DNA of 64,000 nt from Eledone cirrhosa (taxonomy: Eukaryota). Below are positions 1-11,345 of the stretch, piece after piece. The position numbers were made by a program, and so were the translations under genes. The stretch covers positions 170,066,001 to 170,130,000 of the forward strand of contig OZ024742.1 of NCBI GenBank assembly GCA_964016885.1, read 5' to 3'. Position 1 is the stretch's first letter; every line of letters begins with the position of its first letter. Under the pieces are notes generated by a model. That model had not been told where the DNA came from. It saw only the letters and a list, made by a program, of their open reading frames with translations, and ran no database searches.

Positions 1-94
1 GTTTTGCCTTTGTAATGTTTTGTTTGTATCAAAATATGTCAATACCATTATTGATATTTTCTGAATAAAATATAGGTCTCTAAATTTACCAAAA

Positions 95-288
95 AAGGCC
101 CAAAGCCAGCAATTTGTAGGCAAAGGCAAAGTCGATTAAATCAACCTTAATACTTGACTGATACTTTATTTTATCAGCCCTTGAGTTCTAAAAGGCAAAG
201 GTGACTTCAATGGGATTTGAACTTAAAATGTAAAGAGCCAGAGCACATATCATTTTTTGTTCAGAGCTCTAACAATTCTGCCAATTCA
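95..288 (-). mobile_element. Diverged tRNA-derived SINE (family A/B head and core)
   Basis: Reverse complement matches the head (GAATTGGCAGAATTGTTAGAGC, B-box AGTTCAAATCCC) and core (CTTTGCCTTT...GATAAAATAAAGTA) of the intact copy at 37623-37803. Confidence 0.75.
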
Positions 289-399
289 TAATAATGTTGA
301 TGATGATGATGACGGCGACAATGACCATTTCTTAGTTGACCATTGGAGCCGAAAACATTTAGGACAATGCAAATAAATAAGGACAGTGGTGATTTATAT

Positions 400-1140
400 A
401 AGATGAGTAAATATTATAGAAGAGAAACAGGTAATAAAGTAACAATAAATTAACAACAGTGGAAAGCATCACTCGGGGTTAATTAAAATACCCTACAGAT
501 TTGGGATCACACTGGGCACCAAGAACCTACAGGCACATGCTTAGAATAGACCCATTTACTCATGCCATTTTTGCTACATTCACCTACTTTTAACAAATGT
601 TCTCTGGGAGTAGCACCTCTCTTTCCTTTCTCACTTTCCTTTCTAAGTGGAATTTGAAAAGGTCTACGAAGGCTTGGTTAAAGAAGAATGAGTCTGTCAC
701 ATCCACCACTCAACATCTTTTATCATAGCTACCAGACAGGAGAAAACTGTCTGCTCTTCCTGGCCAAAAGAAGATGGTGGGACAATCTTTATGATGGAGT
801 CAGCTATTAGCTGGATCTGTCTTACATGCAACAACAGCTGTTCTAAAATTCCACAAGTCATTAATGCCTGGACATTGGATGAGTACATGCTGAATGTTTT
901 CATCTCTCTGTGCATTTCAGACATGCTTGTCTAACAGTGCTTTGGGGCCTGTAGAGTTTATTTCAAACCAGCAGTGCCTCTCTAATAGCATTGCCAGGCC
1001 GAGGATTTCTGGAAATTATTCTTAGTTTCCAAGCCAAAAGTCCTCTGGAATCAATTAGTCAGTTATCCTGGTCATTATCTAGAGTTTCTCTGAGAATACT
1101 ATTGCTCTTTCCAACCGCTAGTCCTCTTTAATATGGAATT
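400..1140 (-). mobile_element. 3' fragment of L1/Tx1-type LINE (zf-RVT region and 3' UTR), decayed
   Basis: Reverse complement is colinear with 49315-49985 (e.g. TTCCAGAAATCCT.GGCCTGGCA.TGCTA; ORF 697-924 LLLHVRQIQLIADSIIKI vs LLSRVERIRLSAESIVRI). Confidence 0.75.
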
Positions 1141-1973
1141 TCTCCCAATCAAATTCGTAATAATGATTTCTAATCTAGGCACATGGCTTGTGATATATAG
1201 GGAGAGGAAATATTGACCTCAGTGGTGGGATTTGAACTAAAATCATAGGGAGCTAGAACAAATGATGCAAAGCATTTTATCTGACCCCTTAACGGCTCTG
1301 CCTACCCACTGCCCTCAATCACATTGATAATGATAATTGATAGAACTAACTGAATAAAGGTAGTTTTTATTCTGGTACTGCTCAAACATTAAATAGCTAA
1401 TACGCACCAATCTTTTTTTGTTTTGTTAAAAAGCAACATCCGTGTGTTACTTTGCCTGCCTTTTACTTTTATGAGGGAAACGTATTTTTATTTTTTCTCT
1501 AAAATGTTAGTTTTTCTATTGGCAATAACATCCTGTCAAATGTGATGTCTTTTGTGCTGAAAGAATTAACTGATCCTCTTTAGAACTAACTAGGTTCTCA
1601 ACTATGTATGGTCTTTCTTTTGGAAGCTATTAACAAACACCTGATTCTCTTGGCCTACTTTCTGACTTAATCTCAATAAAAGAAAGTCCTTCCTCCCTAT
1701 TTAGCTACTACATACAATCTATTTTGTTACCCTAATTGTTGCCTTTCTATAGAGAATTAGATTCAATCTAGATCCCGGTGACCTTATACAGCTTTAGCTG
1801 TACTTCATAAAGACTCTCTTTCTCCTTAGTTATTGTAACAAGATGATTGTGCATTCTTTTAATTTTTCACTGGCTCCAGTTGTTGGACTGTGACCATACT
1901 GGAGCACTACTTTCAAAGGTTTTTGCAATCACATTAACCCTAGTACTTATTTCAGCCTGGTACTTATTTTATA

Positions 1974-2280
1974 GGCGGCAAATTATTAGAATGTTGGATT
2001 GAATGATTTACAATATTCATTCTGGCTCTCTCCACTCTGAGTTCAAATCTCATTGTGGTCAACTTTACCTTTCATTCTTATGAGATCAAAAATTAAAGTA
2101 CCAGTCTAATACTGGTGTTTATTCTTCCTCTCCCTCCCTCTCTCTGTTCCACCCCTCTCTTTTAGAAACTGGCGATGCTCAAACCTGGAGAAGGATGGCC
2201 CCCATCAGGTTTAAATGCCCAATACATATGTCATGCTGCTGCCCCTACAACTCCATCAAGTGTTAAGGATCCATGGACTT
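1974..2280 (+). mobile_element. SINE family B (tRNA head, shared core, CT-rich linker, distinct 3' tail)
   Basis: GAGTTCAAATC B-box, GGTCAACTTTACCTTTCAT core, tail CCTGGAGA...AAATGCCCAA...CCCCTACAACTC also seen at 5197, 22417, 33452, 39811, 59680. Confidence 0.7.
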
Positions 2281-2719
2281 ATTTTGTTGATGTTTCCTTA
2301 TCAAACTGTTAAGGATTTTAGACCATTGTATATATCAACACCAAAAGGCAGTGAATTCACAGAGCCATCATGGTGTCAGATTAAATAATACATGCATTTG
2401 TTCTGTCCTTTTGAACACTGGCTTCAAATTTGCCTTTCATCCTTTTAGCTGGCTTAGTGCTTATATTCCTGAACCACGCAACACATGCTCTTGAGCAAGA
2501 CACTTCATTTCATTTTGCTTTTCATGATAGGACTGGGGCCTCTATCATTAAAACCCAGAGAAACCTCCTTTGAGAAGGATGAAAAGCAAAGTTGACCTCT
2601 GTGGGATTTGCATTCAGAAAGTAAAGGGCTGTAACTAATTACCATAAGTCATTTAGTGTGATGCCCTACCTGCTCTGGCAATCCACTGCCCTCTGAGCTA
2701 TGTAATATTATGACAAGCT

Positions 2720-3135
2720 GATCATTTCTGACAGACCCAGGCTCCACAGGTTGACAAACTAAAGATTGCAAACTATCAGCTGCTTTCTAATAGGTTTGTC
2801 ATCAAACCTATAGCAGTGGAGACTTTCAGTATTTTTGATCCCCAGACCATTTCCTTATTCACTACTATCGAAGAGGTGGAATTGGCCAACCTCATGAGTG
2901 AGCTCCACAAGTTAGGATGGCTCATCTCTGTCTCCCTTGCCATCTTCCAAGGCAAGGCTTTCTCGATTTTATCTGCTGGAACTACGAGGCAGCTGGAACC
3001 TGGAGTCCTGTACACCAGTGCAACGCTACCCAACAACATCCGGGCCCATATCATTGAGAGTAGCCATATTAGAGCACAGTCTTGTGACAAGACATTTGTA
3101 AAAATGTTTAATAACTCAATATACTTGTGAAACAA
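2720..3135 (+). mobile_element. 3' fragment of a CRE-clade non-LTR retrotransposon (restriction-like endonuclease C-terminus)
   Basis: Frame from 2750 reads VDKLKIANYQLLSNRFVIKPIAVETFSIFDPQT...GWLISVSLAIFQGKAFSILSAG, matching the K..KY...F.F.PIAVET.G.FG...ISLAIQRGNA..I pattern I recall for CRE-clade C-termini. Confidence 0.6.
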
Positions 3136-3473
3136 TCACAGTAGTCATATTAGTGTATATATTTCCAATGTTCAAATCTATCATTGTTGGATTTGATTTT
3201 TACAGCTTCACTTGTCTGTAACTATCATATTGAACCCTGAGGGTGAAGTCTTTGTTGCAGGCAGTCCCCACTACAAGGGATAAAAATTGTGTAATCATAT
3301 TCCCCTGCTCCAGGGTGTGGTGCTGAAGTTGTTGTTGCAGGCAGTCACCACCCCAAGGGATAAAAATGTTGATGCCTGATAGTCTCAAGACAATTCTTCT
3401 TTACACCGAAGAGCTGTGGTTATTCTATCTAGCTGTCAATATTTGAATACTTCATATTGCCACACTTCTACTG

Positions 3474-3588
3474 AGAGAGGGAGAGAAAGAGAGAGTGAGT
3501 GAGAGGTGGTTGAGAATGAAGAGAGTGAAAGGAATGAGTGTGCATATGCGAGAAGCAGTGTGTGTGTGAGAGAGAGAGAGAATTAGTG

Positions 3589-3624
<36 letters not shown>

Positions 3625-3625
3625 C
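3474..3625. repeat. Compound (GA)n/(GT)n/(TA)n microsatellite
   Basis: Seen directly. Confidence 0.9.
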
Positions 3626-4784
3626 ATTAACAAATGATAGTTAGAGTGATTAACTGGTCATATTGCTGTTATTGATTGCATGTAGTTTGTCATTTCTTGC
3701 AGCCTTCCAAGGTTTAGTTGATGGTATAATATATATATATGGTTTCTTCTAGAATGTTGCAGATTTGTTGATGTTGTTTTCTATTAACTCTTAATGTCCT
3801 GCACCACATAAAACCTCATTAGCAAGATGTTCTTGGAAAGTGCAAAACAGCACTACAACTACATAATCTTCATCATCAACATCACTCCTCTTGCTACATT
3901 CCTCCATCTTCTTCTGTGAGCTTCAGTGGTTTGAGATCAGCTTTTACCACCTCTGCACAGTTCTGCCTTGGTCTTCTACTGCAGCTTCCTTACACTGGGT
4001 CCATATTCAATTAGTGTGTATATATTAGGTTGTGTCTTTCGTAGGGTTTTTCAGTCTGGATGCCCTTCCTATCACCAACCACTTTACAGCTTGGACTAGG
4101 TGTATTCTTCATGCTGCTGGTATTAGAGAGACTCTGACAGGATTTAATTGTTATCTCTACTCTATATTAGTTTTTATTCAGAATATCGCTCTCTTAGATG
4201 GTTTGTCTTTTGCTATGACTATGAAACCTATGTCTACTTCATACAGTTGTATTTATTCAGAGTGATTGCTCTCCAAGACTAATGTATATTCTTTTATTGG
4301 TTTCAATCATTTCACTGTGGCTATGTTGCAGCATTGACTTCAAGGGTCTTAGTCACTCATATTAATTCCAATACTTAGTCTAGTACTTATTTTATCAATC
4401 TTTGTTTATATAACCAAGTTTTACCTTTTAGAACATAAAGAGATGCAACTCTACAAATTAATTTTATACAGATATAAACACAATAAACACACACAGTACA
4501 CTCTGTAGGTAGGTTTGTGATAAGATTGCAATCCAGCTATAGAAAACTTGCCATAAAAAAGTCAGGGGGACTCTTCAGCTGTGTCAGAACATGACAATGT
4601 CTCCTCTATTACTGGTGCCATGATAAAATGCACTCAGTAAGACACAGGAATGTATGTAAGCAAAATTCAATCTCATCTGAGAGGTCAGTAGCTCTGTTTG
4701 AGTACTGATTTGGTTTGTGAAGACTTGCCCAACACTTGCCTACAGGGAAAATGGATGTTAAATGATGTTGATACATATATATGT

Positions 4785-4920
4785 CTACAAAATTTCACTT
4801 GCTAGGCACTGATCAACTTGTGGTTATGGTGTAAGACATTTTCTCAAAGTGCTGCACAGTAGGATTGAGCTTGGAACCATATGGTTGGGAAGCAAACTTC
4901 TTAACCACATGGCTATGCCT
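4785..4920 (-). mobile_element. tRNA-derived SINE head (family C, octopus OK-like)
   Basis: Reverse complement GTGGTTAAGAAGTTTGCTTCCCAACCATATGGTTCCAAGCTCAATCC; related copies at 11075, 12580, 28420, 28730, 39055, 46685. Confidence 0.65.
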
Positions 4921-5196
4921 ACCCCAGCATATGTAACACTTTCATTACTATATTTCTTATTACTTTCAAATCATTTTGTAAATAATCAAGAATATAGAAA
5001 GATTTAGTCATATAACTAACTTTTACATTATGAAACTGGTGTTTGGAACATAACGTAAGAAAGGTTTTTACAAACAAGACACAGTCATCTAACCTGTCAG
5101 GCCTCAGAACATGATAGCCTGTCTAACCTAAACATGGAAAATAGATATAAAATAGTGATTATGATGATGATGATAAACAGCTTTGTATCATATTAC

Positions 5197-5490
5197 TGAG
5201 TGGCAAATTGGCAACATTATTAGGATGTTTGACAGAATGCTTTGCAGTGGTTAGTTCAAATCCCACCAAGGTCAACTTTACCTTTCATCCTTTTGAGGTT
5301 GATAAAAAAAAGTAGCAGTCCAGTACTGAGGTCGATTCTCTCTCTCTCAGTCTCTGTCTCTGTGTGGAAGAAACCTGTTGAGTTCAAACATCGAATGAGA
5401 TGGGCTCTGCTGGATTTAAAGTGTTATGATTTGCTGTATGTCACTACAGCACTCCTATGGCTCTATCAGGAGTTACGGGCCCATATTTAC
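5197..5490 (+). mobile_element. SINE family B
   Basis: GTTCAAATCCCACCAAGGTCAACTTTACCTTTCATCC core plus family B tail. Confidence 0.7.
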
Positions 5491-5944
5491 ATTATAGTAC
5501 TAGGGATGGTTCCAGGCAGTTTTGTATCTTGCTGATTAAGGTTAATCAGTAAGCAATGATTGAAACAAAAACATACAAATAAATAAATAACTGAATGTCT
5601 CCAAAAGTAATGTTAGTTTAATAATAACTGAAATTGCTGTGGAATGTTTTAAGTGATGTTTGGAAAATAGTCTGCTATGAGGCAATTAAAAATAACAACA
5701 ATCACAATCCCAGACAAAACAAGCATTGATTAATTTTTAACTGTTCTCAGCAAAGTTGATTTCCTTGTCCACAGTAAGAAAGTCAGTTGAATGACTACAT
5801 TACAGGAGAACAGCTCCCACATAACATCAATATCTTTTTATAGGTTTCTTGGTTACTTTTTATATGTCTTTTTTAGTTTTACTGTTGGTCATAGAAGTGG
5901 ATATTGATAAATATAAGTTAGCATAAATCCACACAGTGTTGGAC

Positions 5945-6260
5945 TTCCGTTGTTTCCAACAATGAGTGCTCTCATTGATTCAATCAATGGAATTGCCTGC
6001 TTGTGAAATTAACATGTAAGTGGTTGAGCATTCCACAGACACGTGTATCTTTAAAGTATTTCTCAGGGACATTCAGTGTGACAAAGTGTGTGACATGGCT
6101 GGTCCCTTGAAATACAGGTACAATTCATTTTTGCCAGCTGAATGGACAGGAGCAGTGTGAAATAAAGTGTTTTGCCCAAGAACACAATGTATCTCTTGGT
6201 CTGGGAATCAAACTCATGACCTTATCATGAGCCAAACACCCTAACCACCAAGCCACTCGT
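5945..6260 (-). mobile_element. CORE-like tRNA SINE with GGGCCAGCCTTGTCACAC-type 3' module
   Basis: Reverse complement has A/B-box head then GTGTTCTTGGGCAAAACACTTTATTTCACACTGCTCC (resembles the MIR CORE domain); the 3' module recurs at 11250-11345, 28210-28360, 28900-29170, 39205-39355. Confidence 0.7.
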
Positions 6261-6363
6261 TTTCCCAACTACAAACCTACACATATACAGAAACATACAC
6301 ATATACAGAAACATATACATGCATACACAAGCATATACATACAGAGATATACACAACATACAC

Positions 6364-9015
6364 ATCTATCTATCTATTTAGGGCGGGTAAAATTCCCGAG
6401 ATCCATGGACGAGTTCTCTCCAGCGGTCTCTGTCCCTCATTATCGCTGCCATGTCCTGCGTCTCCAATAGACCAGTGTCTGTCCTTAGGGCATCAACATA
6501 TGTTAACCTTAGTCTTCCTCTTCCAGTGTGTCCATGCAGTGTCTCCCACAGGAGCATGTCCAGTGAGCATGTCCAGCTAACCTCAGTCTCCTCTGTGTCA
6601 CTTTTGAGCTGACTTTTGGGAGGCTCCCGTACAGCTCTGAGTTCTTCATCCTCAGTGTATACTGATTAATGTTCAGAGCCATCCTCAGTATTCTCGTGTA
6701 GCACCCATCCACCATCTGAGTGAGTTTCTTGGTCATTGTCCAAGTCTCAGACCCATACAGCAGCACAGACTCCACTACAGCAACGAAGAGGCGGATCTTC
6801 AGGTCTTTACGAAGGTCTGACTTCCACACCGATCTCAAGCTGTGGCACGCCGCCCAGGCTTTGCTCTTCCTCTCGACCACATCATCTTCCGTATTCCCAA
6901 TCTTTGCTCCCAAATACAGGAAGTCCTCAACCAATTCTAGCGGCTTCCTGCCTACATTAGTAATCTTCTCTGTATTCTTAATATTCTCTACCAGATATTT
7001 CATCTTAATCTCATTCATTCTCAGCCCCACACTCATCGACACAGTCTCCACCTCCTGCATCAAATCCTCTGTCTCCTTCACTGTGTTTGACACCAAAACT
7101 ATGACGTTGGCAAATTCAGCATCCGATATCTTTTTCGCCTTAACTCTCTTGCTCTGAGCCGGTGTTACAGTAAAGCCAGAGTCCTGGTGTTTCTCCAGCG
7201 CAAGGCACATACAATAATCCACTGCGATGATAAAAAGGTAGGGAGCCAATGTATCTCCCTGGAGCACTCCAGCCAATATCTCAAAGAACTCTGTCATCCC
7301 ATCAGGTGTAATGACTTGGGCTTTGGTGTTGGTGTAAAACAGTGATATCAGGTCCACTATCTTCTTGGGGATTCCATAAGCCTGTAAGATCTTCATCAGA
7401 CAGTGACGGTCCACAGAATCAAAGGCCTTCCTAAAGTCAATGAAAACCATGACTGCAGAAAGGCACTTGGCTCTAGCTCCCTCTAATATCCTCCTCATCA
7501 TCAGGATGTGACTGGTGGTTGATCTACCCTCTCTGAAGCCATTCTGGTTGTCCCTGAGCTTCTTCTCCATCTCGAGTGGATCCTGTTAAGAATCATCCTG
7601 TTGAGGGTCTTTGCCACAAGTGACGTCAGTGAGATCCCCCGGTAGTTGTTGGTGTTAGAGAGATCTCCCTTCTTTGGCACTGGGACGATATTACTGATCC
7701 TCCCCTGATTCGGGGCAACTCCTTTCTCCAGTGCCTGGTTACAGAACCCCAGGATGATATCAAAATCACACCTCTTCATCACCTCCGATGCCACTCCATT
7801 TTCTCTATGAGCCTTGCCCTCCTTGATCTTCTTCTTGACTCTCTGAAGCTCCTCTCTGGTGAAGGGCCCTGTCTCAATATCCAGTTCCTCAAACAGCCGC
7901 CTGATCTCCCCAGTGTTCTGGGCTGTAGAGAGCGGCTCTCCTAGGGTCCTAAAATGGTCCAGCCATTTCTCCCTTCCTATCCTCGGGCCCTGTTCCATGG
8001 ATCTGACTCGTTCACCTTCTCTTCCTCCCTGTGATCTCGTTGATGATCATCCAGCTCTCCTTACATCCAGACCTGTCAACCGCTCTCTCCACACTTCTGA
8101 TCTTCTCTATCAGTGCCTCCTCTCTGGCCTCAGTGTAAGTGGTACAGAGTTCTTCCCTGATAACCTCCACATTCTGCTTCCTCTCCTCCGTAGGATCAGC
8201 ATAGAATTGGTCCTTGGCAGCTTTCAGGTGTTCTCTGGCTGCACACACTTTTGGGTCGGCACCAGGGTCTCACTTGCTTCCCCACTGGATTGGTGAAGTA
8301 CCCGTACCTCCTCGTCACACTCTCTTCAGTCTCTCCAATCTCTCTCTCCTCTGTCTCTCTACACAGCACTGAACCTGTTCCTTCTACTGTGAACCTCTCC
8401 TGTAGCTTATCATCTTCCTTGACAGCTCCCCACTCATAGATTGCTCTCTGGGGCTGAGCCTTGCTCTTTCTTAAGCTCACCCGGACCTCACTCATAACAA
8501 GCCGGTGGTCACTACCCAGTGTACTGAAATAGTTGTATGGTTCTGTGTTCAGAACACTATTCCGCCACTTATTCCTCACCAGAATGAAATCAAACTGGGA
8601 CTTGGACAGGTACATATCTGAGATGTAAGTCTACATCTTCCCCGGATTCTTCCTAAACCTTAGGTTGGTCGCTATCAAGTTCGCCTCCAGCAGGGTGTCT
8701 CTCAGTAGTCTTCCATTTCAGTTGGTGTTGTTATGGAAGTACCAGCAAGGATCTTCACTGCTCTCCTTACTCAGATGTGAATTGATGTCCCTCAGAACAA
8801 ACAGGATGTTGTGAGCTTGTGTGGTGCTGAACACTCTACACACCTTCTCATGGAACTCTTCTGCACTCACATCACTGTCTCCCTCAGTTGGACTATAGGC
8901 TGAGATGACTGTCAGTCTTGGGTTTCCATTGAAGGTCACCCTCAACACTCGCGAGGAGACAGGTATTATTTCCGTCACCAATAAATTGGTTTTTGCGCTG
9001 AAAACAAAACCCACT
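6364..9015 (-). mobile_element. RTE-superclade LINE, 5'-truncated, frameshifted ORF (APE endonuclease plus reverse transcriptase)
   Basis: Successive ORFs give APE motifs (GVGFVF, ISAYSPTE, DINSHL, SQFDFILVRNKWRNSV, SDHRLV) and RT motifs (NYRGISL, QNGFREGRST, FIDFRKAFDSV, GVLQGDTLAPYLF, FLYLG, LLYGSETW, RRLRLAGH); the FADD site reads FANV; stop at 6378-6380 followed by (ATAG)n tail. Sits in a degenerate CA/TA microsatellite. Confidence 0.93.
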
Positions 9016-9270
9016 CATGCATACAGATATAGACATACATACACGTGCATACAGACATATACATACATACACATGCATACAGACATATACATACATACAC
9101 ATGCATACAGACATATACATACATACACATTCATTCACATGCATACTGAGGTATACACAGGTATACAGATATATATCCATACCTCCAGTGACAAAGGCAG
9201 GCATATATATGTATATGTGTATATGTATATATGTGTATATATGTATGTATGTACATATAATTATATATGC
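9016..9270. repeat. Degenerate (CATA/CA/TA)n microsatellite
   Basis: Seen directly; explains ORFs 8893-9402. Confidence 0.9.
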
Positions 9271-9824
9271 TTAGAGAGACATAAGCAGGCATGCACACAT
9301 GTTGAAGGCTATAAAGGATTATTGACTTGTGTAGTTGAGTCATCATACGATAAATTTGTAGCCTGTGCATGTATAATGAATAAATTAACCAAGCAACAGT
9401 GAAAGCTAGTTGATTTCTCTCACCAGTTTAGATCTTCAACTACAGAAAGCAACCCAATAGTGGTCTAAACATTTATTGATTTGGGATATAAATTTATTCA
9501 CTTTAGTTTGTTCTATACATGTTTGGTTATCATTTAAAACCATTCTCCATTTTATTCAATGCGCTATTTAATGGTATCAGCGTTGTTCTTGATTGATAAA
9601 GCTCCATCTTAAAATATTGTATTGGGCAGGTCGTTTGAATGAATTGGTTCAATTTAAATTATCTCTTCAGATAGTGTAGCAAATGATATTATATCTAAAA
9701 GTATTCATTAAGAATATTTCAAATATTACCATGGAAACTAAATTGAAAATACTAAAATAGCTCTCTGGCATAACATAAATTTTATGATGGAAGGTTTGTT
9801 TTTAGATAAATATAAACACATTAA

Positions 9825-10269
9825 CCCTTTTGTTACCATCTTTCTAATGAAAGACACTGTCTATGATTTTGAAATAATCAAGAATTTGGTAGGACTTAGT
9901 AATATAAGTGACTTTCTTGTTATTAAGCTGGTGTTTGGAACTTAAAAGTTCTGATATAAAATTATGTCGGAAGGTTTTTAGATAAATTTAAACACTTTAA
10001 CTCTTTAGCACTTAAACTGACTGTATCGGGCCAGAATTCTTTCTCCTTTTTCTGTTCTAACCGGCTTTAACTGGCCACTCATACCGACCTTAAGGTATTG
10101 TTCTCAAAATAAATAATATCAAAATCTTATAGATTCAATATTATGTGAGATAAAACCTTTACTGTGAAAATACAATAGCAAATAAAGAGTAATGCAAATG
10201 CTAAAGGGTTAAACCAATTTTTTAATTATAAAACTAGTGGTGGTGTCGGGTGACTTTGTATTAAAAGGG
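9825..10269 (+). mobile_element. TTAA-flanked piggyBac-type MITE (family P2) carrying a nested P1 MITE
   Basis: TTAA 9821-9824, ends CCCTTTTG...TAAAAGGG, TTAA 10270-10273; internal motif AATAATCAAGAATTTGG...GCTGGTGTTTGGAAC recurs more than ten times in the window. Confidence 0.75.
10001..10208 (+). mobile_element. TTAA-flanked piggyBac-type MITE (family P1)
   Basis: TTAA on both sides; TIR C(T/C)CTTTAGCA ... TGCTAAAGGG; homologous to 24400-24619, 34878-35097, 50533-50719. Confidence 0.85.
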
Positions 10270-10293
10270 TTAATATAGGAAAGAAAGATTTAA

Positions 10294-10495
10294 CTCTTTA
10301 GCATTTACATTACTCTATATTTACTAGCATATTTTCATATAAAAATTTTTATCTCACATAATATTGAATCTATGAGATTTTGATATTATTTGTTTTGAGA
10401 ACAATACTTTAACTTCAGTATGAGTGGCTAGTTACAGCCGGTTTGAACAGAAAGAGACGAGAGAATTCTGGCCAGATATTACTGGTTTTAAAGGG
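10294..10495 (-). mobile_element. P1 MITE, opposite orientation
   Basis: TTAA 10290-10293 and 10496-10499; reverse complement of the 10001-10208 copy. Confidence 0.85.
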
Positions 10496-11074
10496 TTAAG
10501 TAATGCAAACCAAAGACAGCAATGTGGAGTTGAAAATATTAAAATCTGTTTTCATTTAGAAAATAACTAACTTTCTCATTATTAATCTTTGACTTTGCCT
10601 TTCATCCTTACGGGGTCGATAAAATAAAGTACCAGTAATGCACTGGGTAATTGCTGGCCTTGTGCCTAAAGTAGAAACAATTATTAATCTAGTGTTTGGA
10701 ACCTTACTTAACAAAGGTTCTTACATAAAATTATGATGGAAGGTTTTTAGATAAATATAAACACTTTGAAATGAACAGTTTTGTATTGTAGACCCAGGGG
10801 CAGTTTCTGGGAGTTTGGTATCAAAAGGGTTAAAGAGCCATGTTATTGATTTCATATTTGAAGAGTTTTTGGTAGCAGCATTTCAGTTTTCATATTCATT
10901 GTTATCATATTTTGTCTGCTTTCATGCTGGCATGGGTCAGGCAGGTTCTCACGGTTTAAGACTAGACATATTGTAGTGGACTATGTTTTGCTTACATGTT
11001 CCATTTTGGGAAATACCTCAAAATATCTTTTTCAATGTGTCAGGTATGATGCTCTACCTCCTTGACAGTGGATA

Positions 11075-11345
11075 CAGTATGGCCAAATAATTAAGAAGTT
11101 TGCTCCACAATCATTAGGTTCTAGGTTCAATCTCACTGCTCCATATCTTGGGCAAGTGTTATTTACCTTAGCCTTGTGTTGACTCATGCTTTGTGAGTGA
11201 AATTGGGTAGAGGGAAATTGTCTGGAAACCCATCAGAATGACATTGTCTGTAATTCAAAGGGTCAGTCTTGTCACACACAATGAAATGTTGAATCTCGTG
11301 GGAACTTCATTAAGGGTACATGTGTTTGTGGAATACTCAGCCACC
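11075..11345 (+). mobile_element. SINE family C with GGGTCAGTCTTGTCACAC 3' module
   Basis: tRNA-like head (GGTTCAATCTCAC), CTTGGGCAAGTG, CTTTGTGAGTGAAATTGGGTAGAGGGAAATTG; same layout at 28730-29170 and 39055-39355. Confidence 0.7.

Noticed and set aside
1520-1860. Possible very old LINE remnant on minus strand
   Set aside because: No motif could be reconstructed convincingly.
6720-8439. Plus-strand ORFs 6720-7157, 7859-8296, 8251-8439
   Set aside because: Antisense shadows of the RTE ORF.
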